Source: an uncultured Candidatus Actinomarina sp. (GTDB taxonomy: Bacteria; Actinomycetota; Acidimicrobiia; Actinomarinales; Actinomarinaceae). From it: a stretch of 64,000 nucleotides of DNA. The notes beneath the pieces were generated by a model that searched no databases, was not told where the DNA came from, and saw only the letters and a program-made list of their open reading frames with translations. This document shows positions 63,588 through 64,000 of the stretch, piece after piece. The position numbers and the translations under genes are program-made. Location of the stretch: assembly GCA_902521955.1 (NCBI GenBank), contig CABYTP010000002.1:55404-119403 (forward strand), given 5' to 3'. Within the stretch, counting starts at the first letter, position 1; every line of letters begins with the position of its first letter.

Positions 63588-64000
63588 TTAACTCCAAGGT
63601 AATCCAAACTCTCTCAAGCCAAGAACAACTGCGGATAAAATCAACCAAACTAAAGATGCGGGAATTAATCTTTTCCATCCTAATTCCATTAGTTGATCAT
63701 ATCTAAGTCTTGGAAGGGTAGCTCTTATCCATACAAAAATAAAAAGGAGGCTGAAAGTTTTTACACCTAGCCATATTATTGGCATTATGGAAGACAAAAA
63801 TGGAGGTAGGAAATTATCAAATGTAGGTCCTAGCCATCCACCTAAGAAAAATGTTGCTGTTATTGCACACATGTTAAACATATTTATATATTCAGCTAAA
63901 AAAAACATCGCAAATCTAAATCCAGAATATTCAGTATGAAATCCTCCGACTAACTCTTGTTCAGCTTCAACTAAATCGAATGGTGCTCTATTTACTTCTG
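63588..64000 (-). CDS. nuoH: NADH-quinone oxidoreductase subunit H, C-terminal part (cluster 2; continues past window end)
   Basis: The reading frame stays open upstream of the track's Met (…EVNRAPFDLVEAEQELVGGFHTEYSGFRFAMFFLAEY…), matching the NuoH core. Confidence 0.88.
   Translation of the reverse strand, partial: EVNRAPFDLVEAEQELVGGFHTEYSGFRFAMFFLAEYINMFNMCAITATFFLGGWLGPTFDNFLPPFLSSIMPIIWLGVKTFSLLFIFVWIRATLPRLRYDQLMELGWKRLIPASLVWLILSAVVLGLREFGLPWS

Noticed and set aside
33039-64000. Possibility that the two nuo clusters are an assembly duplication or a mobile duplicated segment.
   Set aside because: The paralogues differ in length and share only about 40-50 % protein identity. There are no flanking repeats, transposases or integrases.
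1-64000. Search for mobile elements, prophage, CRISPR arrays, toxin-antitoxin pairs and rRNA genes.
   Set aside because: No transposase or integrase-like ORFs, direct repeats with spacers, or rRNA-like conserved stretches were seen. GC content and coding density are uniform across the window.

Overview
The window is from a low-GC (about 33-36 %) bacterial chromosome. Gene order and protein signatures point to a streamlined marine or freshwater actinobacterium (Actinomarinales-like). Relevant signatures are an S3 C-terminal extension, actinobacterial-type EF-Tu and L7/L12, and a tRNA-Tyr/Thr/Met-rpmG-tRNA-Trp-secE-nusG arrangement. Positions 1-27.8 kb are an uninterrupted minus-strand core block: map-adk-secY, the spc, S10 and str ribosomal-protein operons, tuf, fusA, rpsG, rpsL, rpoC, rpoB, rplL, rplJ, rplA, rplK, nusG and secE. 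This is followed by tRNA-Trp, a zinc-binding anti-sigma/ECF sigma pair, rpmG, and tRNA-Met/Thr/Tyr. The remainder (28-64 kb) is accessory-like. It carries two hypothetical membrane proteins, a PfkB kinase, a rhodanese, htpX and a MidA/NDUFAF7-like methyltransferase fused to an 11-gene complex-I operon. That operon runs nuoABCD-HIJKLMN with no nuoEFG. Next are an alkaline-phosphatase-superfamily phosphodiesterase, a DUF4349-like lipoprotein and a clear heliorhodopsin gene at 45029..45832. Beyond these lie an Fe(III)-type ABC importer, ferrochelatase, a DtxR-family regulator, tdk, a quinone oxidoreductase and an ABC-2 exporter. A second, divergent complex-I operon (nuoN..nuoH) runs off the window end. 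No CRISPR arrays, IS elements, integrases or prophage genes were seen. The most notable items are the heliorhodopsin and the NuoEFG-less complex I with an adjacent NDUFAF7-like assembly methyltransferase.
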